Of a stretch of DNA of 64,000 bases, positions 28,987 through 39,279 are shown piece after piece. The stretch spans positions 11,594 through 75,593 of the forward strand of contig CBDUYR010000004.1 of assembly GCA_965371515.1 (NCBI GenBank), read 5' to 3'. The stretch is from an uncultured bacterium. Lineage in GTDB: Bacteria; Krumholzibacteriota; Krumholzibacteriia; Krumholzibacteriales; Krumholzibacteriaceae. The notes beneath the pieces were generated by a model that worked only from the letters and a program-made list of their open reading frames with translations, had not been told where the DNA came from and did no database searches. The number at the start of each line of letters is the position of its first letter. Position 1 is the stretch's first letter. Made by a program: the position numbers and the translations under genes.

Positions 28987-30154
28987 GGGAATCGAGACTG
29001 TCGACCTGCAGCTGCGTCACGACGCGCTCGTCGAAGAGATCGATGACCCTCTGCCTGCCGGCCCTTCCCATCCGGACAGCCAGGTCCTCATCCAACAGGA
29101 TCCTCAGCATCGCCTCTCCCAGGGCGTAATGGTCGCGTGGCGGGACCAGAAGGCCGGTCTCACCGTCGACGACTTCCTCTCTGCATCCCCTGATATCGCT
29201 CGCCGCCACGGGCAGGCCCGTGGCCATCGCTTCGAGCAACGACCGGGGCATCCCCTCGCGGTAGCTCGGCATCGCAAAGAGATCGAGCAGGGAGAGTATC
29301 ACCGGGACGTCCTTCCTGTAGCCGGTCATCACGAGCCGTCCCGACAGTCCCTCATCGCGCACCAGCCTCTCTATCTCAGCCTGGCAGCCGTCCCGGTCGC
29401 TCTCGAGGGGCGCTCCGACCATGATGAATCTGGCGCCGGGGAGCTCGCGCGAGACTATCCCGGCAGCCTTCACGAATTCGACCGCTCCCTTCTCCCTCAC
29501 GATGCGTCCGGTGAACCCGATCACGGGACCGCCGTTTATCCCGAATTCCTCCCTGAGAGCGGCCGCCGCCCTCGCGTTCGCCTCGCGCCCGAACATGGAC
29601 GGATCGACACCGTTGCCTATATGCACGAGTTTCTCCGCGGGGGCTATTCGCGACTCGACCGCCTCCTCGAGGTCCTCACCGCTCTGGACGAACACCAGGT
29701 CGGAGAGCGAGGCTCCGAATCGCTCGATCGAGCGCATCACGCCGCGTACCGGACCGCGCATGTCCTCGTGAAAGTAGAAGCCGTGAGCGGTGTAGACGAT
29801 CCGGGGCACTCGAGCCGTCTTCGCCGCAACCCGCCCGAGCAGCCCCGCCACCGGCGTATGGGTGTGGACTATATCAAAGCATTCCCTGCGCATCATACGA
29901 AACAGGCGCACGAACGAGACCGCGTGGGAGAAAATATTATAAGATCTGGAGATCGGGATCCGATATACTTCGAATCCCTCCTGTTCCAGCCCGTCGAGTC
30001 CCTCCCCCGGCGAGCAGCAGAACGAGACCTCATAACCCGCGTCACGGAGACTCAGGCCGAGCGGCCTGAGAAGGTGGTATGCAGTGAAATCGACAGCACA
30101 GAGCTGAAGGATCTTCAAACCGCCCCCCCCGCCATGGGACCGGCCGGCTTTCAC
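28970..30154 (-). CDS. glycosyltransferase family 4 (GT-B)
   Basis: 394 aa. C-terminal YREGMPRSLLEAMATGLPVAASDIRG motif. Its 3' end overlaps the convergent gene by 17 nt. Confidence 0.8.
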   Translation of the reverse strand: MKAGRSHGGGGGLKILQLCAVDFTAYHLLRPLGLSLRDAGYEVSFCCSPGEGLDGLEQEGFEVYRIPISRSYNIFSHAVSFVRLFRMMRRECFDIVHTHTPVAGLLGRVAAKTARVPRIVYTAHGFYFHEDMRGPVRGVMRSIERFGASLSDLVFVQSGEDLEEAVESRIAPAEKLVHIGNGVDPSMFGREANARAAAALREEFGINGGPVIGFTGRIVREKGAVEFVKAAGIVSRELPGARFIMVGAPLESDRDGCQAEIERLVRDEGLSGRLVMTGYRKDVPVILSLLDLFAMPSYREGMPRSLLEAMATGLPVAASDIRGCREEVVDGETGLLVPPRDHYALGEAMLRILLDEDLAVRMGRAGRQRVIDLFDERVVTQLQVDSLDSLTGRK

Positions 30155-30753
30155 GCCCGGCCGGGCGATGTGAGTATCTCCTCGACAAGCCCGCAGAGGA
30201 TGTGCCCGAGGGCCATGTGGATCTCCTGGATTCGGGCAAAGTCCTCGTCGGGCACTACAATTGCGAGATCGGCCCGTTCGGCCAGGGTGCCGCCGCCCGC
30301 GCCCGCGAAAGCAAGAGTCTTCATACCGAGGCTCGCCGCCATCGAGACCGCCTCTATGACGTTCAGCGAGTTGCCGCTCGTCGACAGTGCCAGCAGCACA
30401 TCTCCGGAGCTGCCGATCGCCTCTATCTGCTTGGAGAAGACATCGTCGTAACTGAAATCGTTCGCGATCGCCGTCACGATCGAGCTGTTCGCGGTCAGGG
30501 CGAATGCCTTGTATCCGCTTAGCTTCTTCCTGCGGAACCTCCCGACGAGCTCACCGGCTATATGCTGCGCGTCCGCGGCGCTCCCGCCGTTGCCGCAGGT
30601 CAGGACGACCTTTCCGGACTCTATCGCGCTCGCCATGAGCTCCGCCATCTCTACGAGAATCTCCGCCTGCTGACGGGGAAACGATTCGAGCGCTTTCTTC
30701 AGAGCATCGAGCTCTCCGAGGACCTGTTCAATATACCTGTCGTTGTGTGTCAT
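30151..30753 (-). CDS. gmhA: D-sedoheptulose-7-phosphate isomerase (SIS domain)
   Basis: 200 aa. CGNGGSAADAQHIAGELVGRF and LSTSGNS motifs. Confidence 0.9.
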   Translation of the reverse strand: MTHNDRYIEQVLGELDALKKALESFPRQQAEILVEMAELMASAIESGKVVLTCGNGGSAADAQHIAGELVGRFRRKKLSGYKAFALTANSSIVTAIANDFSYDDVFSKQIEAIGSSGDVLLALSTSGNSLNVIEAVSMAASLGMKTLAFAGAGGGTLAERADLAIVVPDEDFARIQEIHMALGHILCGLVEEILTSPGRA

Positions 30754-30802
30754 ATCTTCACCATATCATGTTTCACTGCCGCGCCGGATCTCCGGGACAC
30801 GA

Positions 30803-32284
30803 TTAATTCGTAAGGGCAACTATCGAGATAACCAGCATTCCAACGCCGATCAGCCCGCTGAAGATATCGGAGAATATCTTCGTCCTGCTTCGCTTGACGA
30901 TGATGACGTCCCCGCTGTTCGGGTAATAGTCACGGCCCGTCTGGATCGCTGTGCCGTCCTTCGATATGATCATGATCCTGTCGATGCTTCCCTCGTGTGT
31001 GGGCCCTCCAGCCGCACCGACATACTGGGCGACCGTCCAGTTGCTCACGAACCGGACGCTTCCTGGTATCTGCACCTGTCCACCGACAGCTACGGTCTGA
31101 TTGACCGTGGGTATGTGCAGGATATCGCCGTCGATCAGCGGGATGTCTTCGGCGATGCTCGGCGGCGTGAAGTCTTTAAGGTTCACTTTGATCAGCTCGC
31201 CGGTCTCTCTCTCGAGAGTCGCAGCGGTAAGATCAACGTTGGTGTTGTAGATCGCCACGCGGCCCAGCAGGCTTCGCAGCCCCTCACCCTCTGTAATATA
31301 GTAACTGCCTTCCTGCTTCGTCGCGCCGAAGACGAACACCCTGCTCGTGCCGGTCATGCCGTCGATCACGTTCAGCTCGTCTCGGTCTTTCAGAACCATG
31401 TCGAATTCGTACGACTGTACCTGCAGCGTGATGACCGAGCCGTCCTCCTGGATCCTCGTGAGCAGCACCCTGTCCCTGACGGCCTCCGCCTTGAATCCTC
31501 CCGCGAGATCGATCAGGTCACCTACCGTCTCGTGAGGCAGTATCTCGTAATTCAGGGACTTGTGGACGGCGCCTCTTATCGAGGCGTGCCGCTGGGCGAT
31601 CGGAACGTGTATCCGGTCACCGTTTGAGAGGAACGGGTTGCTGGAGAAATCACCCTTGAGAACATATCGGAGAATATCGACATTTATGGTGTCCGTTCCC
31701 CTGTAGAGGATTACACTCCTGTTTGATCCCTCGGCCGCGATGCTGCCAGCCAGCTCCACCGCGTCCGAGACGCGCTGCACAGCCGAGACGTTTACCGCCC
31801 CGGGCTTCTCGACCTCGCCGGTCACAAAGACCCGGAACACCCTCGGTTCCTGCAGGTAGCAGAAGATCTTCACGTTCTTGAAGAACCTGTTGACCTCCTC
31901 GTTGAGCCTCTTCCTGAATTCTGTGAGGGTCAGACCGTCGGCCTTTATTGCGCCCACGTCCGGTACGAAGACGTCGCCTTCCGGCAGCACCACGATGGCG
32001 AACGTCCTCGATTCCGTCCCGATAACGTTGACGAGGAGCATGTCGTACGGCCCGAGGATATACAGGTCGGGATCGATCGCCTGCTCAAGCTTCGGGATGT
32101 CGTGACTCGACCTCTGCCGCTCGACAAGCTGGCCGTATCCTGATTCCCTGTTTTCCAGATCGACCTGGTCTGCCCGATTCATCCGCTCGTTGTCGCTCGT
32201 CTGCGCCGAGGCGAGACCGGCCGAGATCGTCACCGCCGCACAGACGGCGGCGATTATTAAGACTGTAGATTTCATATCCCTCAC
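30803..32284 (-). CDS. polysaccharide export protein (Wza-like: Poly_export + SLBB repeats + C-terminal helix)
   Basis: 493 aa. Signal peptide, Poly_export-like segment (ILGPYDMLLVNVIG...PEGDVFVPDVGAIKADGLTLTEF), repeated SLBB-like units, and a hydrophobic C-terminal helix (IFSGLIGVGMLVISIVAL). Confidence 0.8.
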   Translation of the reverse strand: MRDMKSTVLIIAAVCAAVTISAGLASAQTSDNERMNRADQVDLENRESGYGQLVERQRSSHDIPKLEQAIDPDLYILGPYDMLLVNVIGTESRTFAIVVLPEGDVFVPDVGAIKADGLTLTEFRKRLNEEVNRFFKNVKIFCYLQEPRVFRVFVTGEVEKPGAVNVSAVQRVSDAVELAGSIAAEGSNRSVILYRGTDTINVDILRYVLKGDFSSNPFLSNGDRIHVPIAQRHASIRGAVHKSLNYEILPHETVGDLIDLAGGFKAEAVRDRVLLTRIQEDGSVITLQVQSYEFDMVLKDRDELNVIDGMTGTSRVFVFGATKQEGSYYITEGEGLRSLLGRVAIYNTNVDLTAATLERETGELIKVNLKDFTPPSIAEDIPLIDGDILHIPTVNQTVAVGGQVQIPGSVRFVSNWTVAQYVGAAGGPTHEGSIDRIMIISKDGTAIQTGRDYYPNSGDVIIVKRSRTKIFSDIFSGLIGVGMLVISIVALTN

Positions 32285-34959
32285 CGTCCGTTTATCAACC
32301 GCTCAATAATTCCGGGGAGCGCCTCGAAGACCCTGTTCTCGCTTTCGAGGTCTTTCGTGCCGAGCTGGGCGAGATGTCTCTTCCCGCCACCTCCTCCGCC
32401 AGCCAGCGAACCGAGCTCTTTCACGAGACCGTCTGCCGTGACTCCCCTTTCGACAAGATCGTCAGTAACAGTGATCACGAAATGCATCTTTCCCTTGTCG
32501 GGCATGGAAAGAACAGCTGCGCCCGAAGGCACCCTCTCCCTGAACGAATCGGCCATGGCCCTGAGGGCCCCGACGTCCCTCGCGCCGGGCCTGCCGGCCG
32601 CGATCTTCATCCCCGATATATCTTTCGCGTCTCCTATGATCGCCTCCAGCCTGCCGCCGCCCTTCTCTATGTGCTTTATCTCTTTCTTCAACTCTTCCAG
32701 TGTCTCGAGCATGACACCGATCCTCATCGCCGTTTCGGCAGGTGTGGTCCTGAGCAGGGACGCCGCCTCTTCCTCGCGATCGAATGAGTCATAGACATGG
32801 CGGAGAGCTCCCTGTCCTGTTACGGCTTCTATTCTGCGTACGCCCGCCGCCACGCTGCTCTCCGACACGATGAGGAACAGACCGGCCTGACCGGTCGACG
32901 AGAGATGCGTACCGCCGCACAGCTCGGTCGACACGTCCCCCATCCGAACGACACGCACCTTCGCTCCGTATTTCTCGTCGAACAGGGCAACGGCCCCGGA
33001 GTCCATTGCTTCCCGGTAATCCATCAGCTCCGTCTTTACCTCCAGTGAATCGCGTATCCACCGGTTCACGAGCTCCTCGATCTTTCTCTTCTCTTCCCCG
33101 GTGACCGCCTGGAAATGGTTGAAATCGAATCTCAGCCTGTCGGGCCCCACGAGCGACCCGGCCTGGGCGACATGGCCGCCCACGACCTCGCGCAGCGCGG
33201 CGTGGAGAAGGTGAGTCGCGGTATGGCTGGCCGCCGTCGCGAGCCTTGCCTCATCGTCGATATGAAGTCTTATCTTTATACTCCCCGAGACCAACTCCCC
33301 GATATCGGGAATATCATGGGCCGGCTCGGCCACGTGGATTATCTCTCCGCCCCTCTTGAGCACATCGCGAATTTCCAGCCTGTGCCCCGCCGCTTCTATC
33401 CAGCCGCTGTCGGCGAGCTGCCCGCCCGATGTGGCGTAGAACGGCGTCCTGTCCAGTATCAGCTCGATCGCCGCGCCACCCTCCCCGGACCAGTCGATGT
33501 CTTTCCTCTCCGCTTTATCGAACACCCTGTATCTGCGAACCTCGGCCTCGCCGCCGACGCTCTCGTATCCGGTGAATATCGAGCTCTCCCCTTCGGACAG
33601 CTCCGTCATCTCGACGGGTGCCTGTTCGCCGGCTTCGAAGGCGCTGCTCTTCTGGGCACGTTTCCTCTGCTCCTCCATCGCGGCGGCAAATCCTTCCTCG
33701 TCGACTTCGAGTCTCTCGTCTCCGGCAAGCGCGACTGTGAGCTCCAGCGGAAATCCGTATGTGTCGTAAAGCAGGAAAGCCTGGGCGCCATCGATCCTGC
33801 TGCCATTTGCTTTTTTGATATCATCGACGATGGCCTCGAATCTGGACCTGCCTTCCTCGATGGTACGGAAGAAACTTTCCTCCTCGGCCCTGATTATCAT
33901 CGCCGTGTCGGGCGCCCTCGCAACCAGGTCGGGATAATCCTCTCCCATGACCCTGACGACCTCGTCGACCAGGCCGTAGAGGACCGGTTCGGCGATCCCG
34001 AATGTGTGAAGCCGCGTCAGGGCACGTCTCAATAGCCGCCTGAGGATATACCCCCTGCCCTCGTTCGAAGGGTATATCCCCTCCGAGATCGTGAATGTCA
34101 GCGCCCTCGCGTGATCGGCGATCATGTTGATACCCATCTTCGCATCACCGGTCGTATCGGTGTTTTCGGGCAGCACCGCGATGACGGCATCCACCAGGGG
34201 CTGGAAAATATCGGTATGGAAGTTGTCCTCAGCGCCCTGCATGATCATCGCGATCCTCTCGAGGCCGGCGCCGGTGTCTATGCCCGGTTTCTCGAGGGGC
34301 CTGTAGGTGCCGTCCTCTTCGAGAAAGAACTGCGGGAAGACGAGGTTCCAGAATTCGAGGTACCGGTCGCAGTCGCATCCCGGGGCACAGCTCCCGCTGC
34401 CGCATCCCCTGGCCTCGCCGGCGTCGTAGTAGATCTCGGAGCACGGACCGCATACGCCGGTCTTCCCGACGGGGCCCCAGAAATTGTCCTTCCGCCCGAG
34501 CCTGGCAATCCTTTCCGCGGGAACGCCGATGCGCTCGTTCCATATTTCGAACGCCTCGTCGTCATCCTCGAAAACGCTGACGTAGAGAAGGTCCTCTGGA
34601 AGCTGCAGCACGTCGATGACAAACTCCCAGGCCCACTCGATCGCCTCGACCTTGAAGTAGTCGCCGAAACTGAAGTTGCCCAGCATCTCGAAGAATGTAT
34701 GGTGACGTAATGTCCTGCCGACGCTCTCGAGGTCGCCGGCCCTGAGACATTTCTGGACGCTTACCGCTCTCGTGTAAGGGAGGTCGTCCGGCGAGAGGTA
34801 GTAATCCTTGAACTGCACCATCCCCGCGGAAGTGAAGAGGAGGGTGGCATCGCCCTTCGGGACGAGGGGCGCACTGGACACCTCGGTGTGTTTCTTGCCG
34901 AGGAAAAAATCGACGTAGGCTTTCCTGATCTCATGAGCAGTCCTGATATTACTGTTCAT
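32281..34959 (-). CDS. alaS: alanine--tRNA ligase
   Basis: 892 aa. Class II motifs (FTSAGMVQFK, HHTFFEMLGNFSFGDYFK), the editing-domain HTATHLLH...CGGTH motif, and a C-terminal DHHA1-like GGGGGKRHLAQ. Confidence 0.97.
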   Translation of the reverse strand: MNSNIRTAHEIRKAYVDFFLGKKHTEVSSAPLVPKGDATLLFTSAGMVQFKDYYLSPDDLPYTRAVSVQKCLRAGDLESVGRTLRHHTFFEMLGNFSFGDYFKVEAIEWAWEFVIDVLQLPEDLLYVSVFEDDDEAFEIWNERIGVPAERIARLGRKDNFWGPVGKTGVCGPCSEIYYDAGEARGCGSGSCAPGCDCDRYLEFWNLVFPQFFLEEDGTYRPLEKPGIDTGAGLERIAMIMQGAEDNFHTDIFQPLVDAVIAVLPENTDTTGDAKMGINMIADHARALTFTISEGIYPSNEGRGYILRRLLRRALTRLHTFGIAEPVLYGLVDEVVRVMGEDYPDLVARAPDTAMIIRAEEESFFRTIEEGRSRFEAIVDDIKKANGSRIDGAQAFLLYDTYGFPLELTVALAGDERLEVDEEGFAAAMEEQRKRAQKSSAFEAGEQAPVEMTELSEGESSIFTGYESVGGEAEVRRYRVFDKAERKDIDWSGEGGAAIELILDRTPFYATSGGQLADSGWIEAAGHRLEIRDVLKRGGEIIHVAEPAHDIPDIGELVSGSIKIRLHIDDEARLATAASHTATHLLHAALREVVGGHVAQAGSLVGPDRLRFDFNHFQAVTGEEKRKIEELVNRWIRDSLEVKTELMDYREAMDSGAVALFDEKYGAKVRVVRMGDVSTELCGGTHLSSTGQAGLFLIVSESSVAAGVRRIEAVTGQGALRHVYDSFDREEEAASLLRTTPAETAMRIGVMLETLEELKKEIKHIEKGGGRLEAIIGDAKDISGMKIAAGRPGARDVGALRAMADSFRERVPSGAAVLSMPDKGKMHFVITVTDDLVERGVTADGLVKELGSLAGGGGGGKRHLAQLGTKDLESENRVFEALPGIIERLINGR

Positions 34960-35719
34960 CGGTCTCTCCGGTGATCTCGCCCCTCAATATCCCCGCGCAT
35001 ATGCCTCCTACGATTCCAGCCGAGAAGCCTCTCCTCGTGAGAAAACCGCCGAGCCTTCGAGCCGCTTTTTCCCTGTCGGCCCTTGAGCCGGCCGGCTTCC
35101 GGACAGGTCCGGTGCGCGCCAGCCTGTCGACGGCCAGTTTCAATGCTATCCTCTCCTCTTCGCCGGGAGGAAAGGCCTCTGCGAGAAACTCGTCGGTGAT
35201 CTCGGCCGGGACCCCCGCCCCGGACAGCTTCCTTCTGAGAAGGGCCGGTCCGGCGGGGTTGTGCCTGAGCCTGTATCCTATCAGCTCCGAGGCGAACCGC
35301 CTGTCGTTCAGCAGGTTTCTCCCCTTGAGCGTTTCGACAATATAATCCATCGAGGCTGGATTATCTATACCTTCCGCCTGAAGGGCGGCGCGGACCTCCT
35401 GCTCAGTCCGTTCCCGCCTCGACAGGAACCTGAGGGCGTGGGCGAGCCCCGCCTCCCGCGCGACCGGCCCTTCGAGCTCCTCGATATCGGTTCCGTCGAG
35501 TACCGTTCCCTCTTTGAGAAAACGCTCGGTCCCCCACCCCTTCAGAACGAGGAACGTCCTTCCCGACGAGGTCGCGACTCTGCGCAGCGACCCGGCGCTT
35601 CTCGATACGGATACGATCTCTGTACTACCGCTATTCAATGTCCTGGTCCGGATCAATGCCCTATTCAGAGCCGACGTCCTTGCCCGAATCGACGGTCCTG
35701 CGCGGGGCCGCCGGGGCAT
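34949..35719 (-). CDS. recX: recombination regulator RecX
   Basis: RecX three-helix repeats ([19 protein letters not shown]..., [15 protein letters not shown]). Lies immediately after recA. The start is uncertain: the ORF-track start overlaps recA by 59 nt, and in-frame TTG codons at 35656 and 35638 lie just after the recA stop. Confidence 0.8.
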   Translation of the reverse strand: MPRRPRAGPSIRARTSALNRALIRTRTLNSGSTEIVSVSRSAGSLRRVATSSGRTFLVLKGWGTERFLKEGTVLDGTDIEELEGPVAREAGLAHALRFLSRRERTEQEVRAALQAEGIDNPASMDYIVETLKGRNLLNDRRFASELIGYRLRHNPAGPALLRRKLSGAGVPAEITDEFLAEAFPPGEEERIALKLAVDRLARTGPVRKPAGSRADREKAARRLGGFLTRRGFSAGIVGGICAGILRGEITGETDEQ

Positions 35720-36773
35720 CGAGATCGTAGTGCTCGCGCACGCTGGTCTCTATCTCGGCCCGTATATCGGTGTTGTCCTTGAGGAACATTCTGGTGTTGT
35801 CCTTGCCCTGCCCGAGCCGGGTCTCGCCCCAGGAGTACCAGCTGCCCATCTTCGTGAGTATGCCGGAGGTGACGCCCAGCTCGATCAGGTCCCCTTCGAG
35901 ACTGATACCCTCTCCGTAGAGGATCTCGAACTCGGCCTGGCGGAACGGTGCGGCGACCTTGTTCTTGACGACCTTGACCCTCGTCATGCTTCCGATGACG
36001 GTGTCCCGGTCCTTGATCTGGCCGATACGGCGGATGTCCATCCTCATCGTGGCGTAGAATTTCAGGGCGTTTCCTCCCGATGTCGTCTCGGGATTGCCGT
36101 ACATAACGCCGATCTTCATCCGGATCTGGTTGATGAAAATCATGCACGTGCGGGATTTACTGACTGCGCCGGCTATCTTCCGGAGGGCCTGGGACATGAG
36201 CCTGGCCTGGAGGCCGACATGCGAGTCGCCCATCTGCCCCTCGATCTCGGCCGCGGGCACGAGGGCCGCGACCGAATCGATCACAACGACGTCGATCGCG
36301 TTGCTGCGGATAAGGACCTCTGCGATCTCGAGGGCCTGCTCCCCCGTATCCGGCTGTGATATAAGCAGGTTGTCGATATCGATCCCGATCTTCCTCGCGT
36401 AGCTTACATCCAGGGCGTGCTCGGCATCGATGAACGCCGCCACGCCGCCGAGCTTCTGCGCGTTCGCGATGATCGAGCAGGCAAGTGTCGTCTTGCCCGA
36501 CCCTTCGGGCCCGTAGATCTCGATGACCCTGCCGCGGGGCACTCCGCCGATGCCGGCAGCAATATCGAGCACGAGGCTGCCTGTGGGGATGCTCTCGATC
36601 TCCTGGTAAGCGCCTTCCTCGCCGAGGCGCATGATAGAGCCCTTCCCGTACTGTTTCTCTATCTGGTCGACTGCGAGCTCGATCGCCTTGTCCTTGTCAC
36701 CCGGTTTGATAGATTTCGTCATCTTCGATACTTTAGCTGTCTTCGACGTTTTTTTTGTCCTGTCCGCGCTCAC
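35661..36773 (-). CDS. recA: recombinase RecA
   Basis: 370 aa. [17 protein letters not shown] Walker [11 protein letters not shown], and the L2 loop [30 protein letters not shown]. Confidence 0.98.
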   Translation of the reverse strand: MSADRTKKTSKTAKVSKMTKSIKPGDKDKAIELAVDQIEKQYGKGSIMRLGEEGAYQEIESIPTGSLVLDIAAGIGGVPRGRVIEIYGPEGSGKTTLACSIIANAQKLGGVAAFIDAEHALDVSYARKIGIDIDNLLISQPDTGEQALEIAEVLIRSNAIDVVVIDSVAALVPAAEIEGQMGDSHVGLQARLMSQALRKIAGAVSKSRTCMIFINQIRMKIGVMYGNPETTSGGNALKFYATMRMDIRRIGQIKDRDTVIGSMTRVKVVKNKVAAPFRQAEFEILYGEGISLEGDLIELGVTSGILTKMGSWYSWGETRLGQGKDNTRMFLKDNTDIRAEIETSVREHYDLDAPAAPRRTVDSGKDVGSE

Positions 36774-36943
36774 TTTCTTCCTCCCACTTCATCCCCCTGA
36801 TGTACCCTGCGGTTGATTTATCCCCACCCGCCGCCGCGGCGACGGGTCAGACTGATTCTATATCACCAACCTGTCGATTATTCAACGAATTTCACGATCA
36901 CCGGGGTTGTGCGGCCAGGGTCTCGCAGGGTCCTGCCCTGAGT

Positions 36944-37504
36944 TCAGCGTCCGAGCTCAAAACGGCCCGTTTCCTTGTAGATCGCCCCCGACGGGGTCAG
37001 TCTGCTGCTCATCAGGACGAAGCCGTCCGCATCGAGGAACGCCGTTTCATCGAGCGAAGGGAAACCGCGGAGGAGATCGAGAACCTCTTCCGGAGCCGGT
37101 CTTTTCACGCGCGCGAGCGTCAGGTGGGCCCGGAATCTCCTGCTTTCCCTCTCGAATCCGATCGTCTCGCATTCATCCTCGATCAGCCTGGCGAGATCCC
37201 TCAGCTCCTCTAATCCCTTATCGATGCCGTAATAGATCACTCGTGGCCTGTCCAGGTTCGGGAAGCCGCCGATCCCGCCCATCGTCAGGCGGAACGGCTT
37301 CGCCCGGGATGCTGCCCTGCACGCGGCATCGTGAAGCGAAGGCAGGAGATCCTCGTCGACCTCTCCCAGGAATTTCAGCGTGAAGTGATAATTCTCGGGC
37401 TGGATCCATCTCCAGGGGGCGTTTCGGATGCCGGAATCCTGTATGATCCGCCAGGCCTGCCCCGCCATGGCTTCACCGGCATGAACCGCGAAGAACAGTC
37501 TCAT
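36944..37504 (-). CDS. thpR: RNA 2',3'-cyclic phosphodiesterase (2H family, ThpR/LigT)
   Basis: Start taken at MRLFFAV (ATG 37504, ATGA overlap with the cinA stop). Two HxTx motifs (HFTL, HLTL). Confidence 0.85.
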   Translation of the reverse strand: MRLFFAVHAGEAMAGQAWRIIQDSGIRNAPWRWIQPENYHFTLKFLGEVDEDLLPSLHDAACRAASRAKPFRLTMGGIGGFPNLDRPRVIYYGIDKGLEELRDLARLIEDECETIGFERESRRFRAHLTLARVKRPAPEEVLDLLRGFPSLDETAFLDADGFVLMSSRLTPSGAIYKETGRFELGR

Positions 37505-38736
37505 GAGCGGCCGCTTTTCCGGTCCCGGGCAGGCATCGATCGCAGCAGCCTGCGTCTCAGCATATCGAGACAGACGCATGACGCCCTGAGTCTGATCATC
37601 CCGCGGTCGCCCGCCATCTTTCTCTGCCGGCACTCCGTCACGCCGGCGTGTGCGAGCCCCATCCAGCAGAGCCCGACCGGCTTGTCCGCGGTCGCTCCGC
37701 CGGGACCGGCTATCCCGGTCGTGGACAGCGCGATGTCCGCTCCCGAGATCCTCCTGGCGCCCGCAGCCATTTGCCTGCAGACATCCTCGCTGACCGCTCC
37801 GCAGGTTTCGATGATCTTTTCCTCGACGCCGAGGATCCTGATCTTCGATTCATTGCTGTATGTGACATATCCCTCGAGAAATGTCTCGCTCGCCCCCGGC
37901 ACCGAGACGATCATCGAGGCAAGCATCCCGCCTGTGAGGGACTCCGCCGTGGCCAGGGTCATCTCCCTGCTCCGGAGCATCCCGACAACGACTTCCTCGA
38001 GCCGGTCCCTGCCCTCCCCGAAGAGGTTGTCCCCGAGACTCTCCGCCGCCTTCGCGGCGATCCCGGCATCGATCCCCGCAGGAAGGTACACGCTGATGCC
38101 GGCCGGGGAAGAGATGATCGACAGCCGCTCGAGGTCATCCGCTCCGAGTACAGCCGCCACCCTCTCCTCGACCGAGGTTTCCATAAGGCCGTAGACCCTC
38201 AGCACTTTTCTCCGTTCTTCCGCGCCGGATGTCAGCCTCGGGAGGATGAGGCGCTCGAATATCTCCTTCATCTCTCCGGGAACGCCCGGCAGCAGAAAGA
38301 TACGGCACCCCCCCGCCTTCAGCGCCAGGCCGGGCGCAACACCAACGGCGTTGTCGAGCACCTCAGCTCCTGCCGGTATTCTCGCCAGATCCCTGTACCC
38401 TTCGGGCATAGTGAAACCGAGCTCGCCGAAACGCCGCTCGATCTCGATGATGATCTCCTCCCGGATCTCGACTTCCCCTCCGAACGCATCGATCGCGGCC
38501 TGGCGCGTCACGTCGTCCACAGTCGGGCCGAGCCCCCCCGTGACTATGACCGTTTCGCTCCTTGCCGCGGCGGCTGAGAGCTCATCGCGGATAACATCGA
38601 TGTTGTCGGGAAGTGCCGTTTCCCTCGAGGGAGAGAGCCCGGCTGCGGTCAGGACTATTGAAAGCCATACAGTGTTGTTTTCGGCAATCTCGCCGCGGAG
38701 GACCTCGTCGCCGACCGTTATGATCTCTACCCTCAC
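37501..38736 (-). CDS. cinA: competence/damage-inducible protein CinA (MoCF + PncC nicotinamide-nucleotide amidase domains)
   Basis: 411 aa. MRVEIITVGDEVLRGEI...VIVTGGLGPTVDD N-domain and an ATAESLTGGML C-domain. Confidence 0.9.
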   Translation of the reverse strand: MRVEIITVGDEVLRGEIAENNTVWLSIVLTAAGLSPSRETALPDNIDVIRDELSAAAARSETVIVTGGLGPTVDDVTRQAAIDAFGGEVEIREEIIIEIERRFGELGFTMPEGYRDLARIPAGAEVLDNAVGVAPGLALKAGGCRIFLLPGVPGEMKEIFERLILPRLTSGAEERRKVLRVYGLMETSVEERVAAVLGADDLERLSIISSPAGISVYLPAGIDAGIAAKAAESLGDNLFGEGRDRLEEVVVGMLRSREMTLATAESLTGGMLASMIVSVPGASETFLEGYVTYSNESKIRILGVEEKIIETCGAVSEDVCRQMAAGARRISGADIALSTTGIAGPGGATADKPVGLCWMGLAHAGVTECRQRKMAGDRGMIRLRASCVCLDMLRRRLLRSMPARDRKSGRS

Positions 38737-39194
38737 AGCAGTCCCGTGAAGCGTCTGAGCAGAGCCATCACAGCCAGGGCGTAGAGCCCGGCGAACACGT
38801 CATCGACCACTACCCCCAGGCCCCCCGGAAGTTTCTGAGACCTCCCGGCCGGAAAGGGCTTTGCGATGTCGAATATCCTGAACAGGACGAATCCCACCAG
38901 CCCGGCCTTTATGGAGACCGGTGACAGCAGCATGGTTATCTGCATGCCGACGACCTCGTCGATCACGATACAGGAGGCATCCTCGCCGTATCTTCTCTCC
39001 ATGATATCCGAGAGGATGATGGCCACGGGGATGAGCCCGGCGATGACCGCCCAGTGGGTCATCCAGTGACCGCCGGGCACGAACAGCCATGCGAGCAGCC
39101 AGACCATGCTGGCGAAGGTCGCAGGAGCGAAGGGGAAAAACCCCGTATAAAAAAAAGAGCCGAAAAGTGTGACAAGGAAACGTCTCATATGCAT
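38733..39194 (-). CDS. pgpA: phosphatidylglycerophosphatase A
   Basis: PgpA motifs (FYTGFFPFAPATFAS, IVIDEVVGM, FRIFDIAKPFP). Start taken at an internal Met (39194 or 39188); the ORF-track start at 39248 is less likely. Confidence 0.85.
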   Translation of the reverse strand: MHMRRFLVTLFGSFFYTGFFPFAPATFASMVWLLAWLFVPGGHWMTHWAVIAGLIPVAIILSDIMERRYGEDASCIVIDEVVGMQITMLLSPVSIKAGLVGFVLFRIFDIAKPFPAGRSQKLPGGLGVVVDDVFAGLYALAVMALLRRFTGLL

Positions 39195-39279
39195 CCTTTG
39201 ACGATTACACAGGGCAGGATATAGATAGAAGCAGCAGACGGCAATCAAATTATTGCCATGTGAAATCGCAGGAGACTTC

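Noticed and set aside
36774-36943. Search for an SOS/LexA box upstream of recA (CTGT-N8-ACAG or GAAC-N4-GTTC types).
   Set aside because: Only partial matches are present (for example CTGTCGATTATTCAAC). Nothing is palindromic enough to call.
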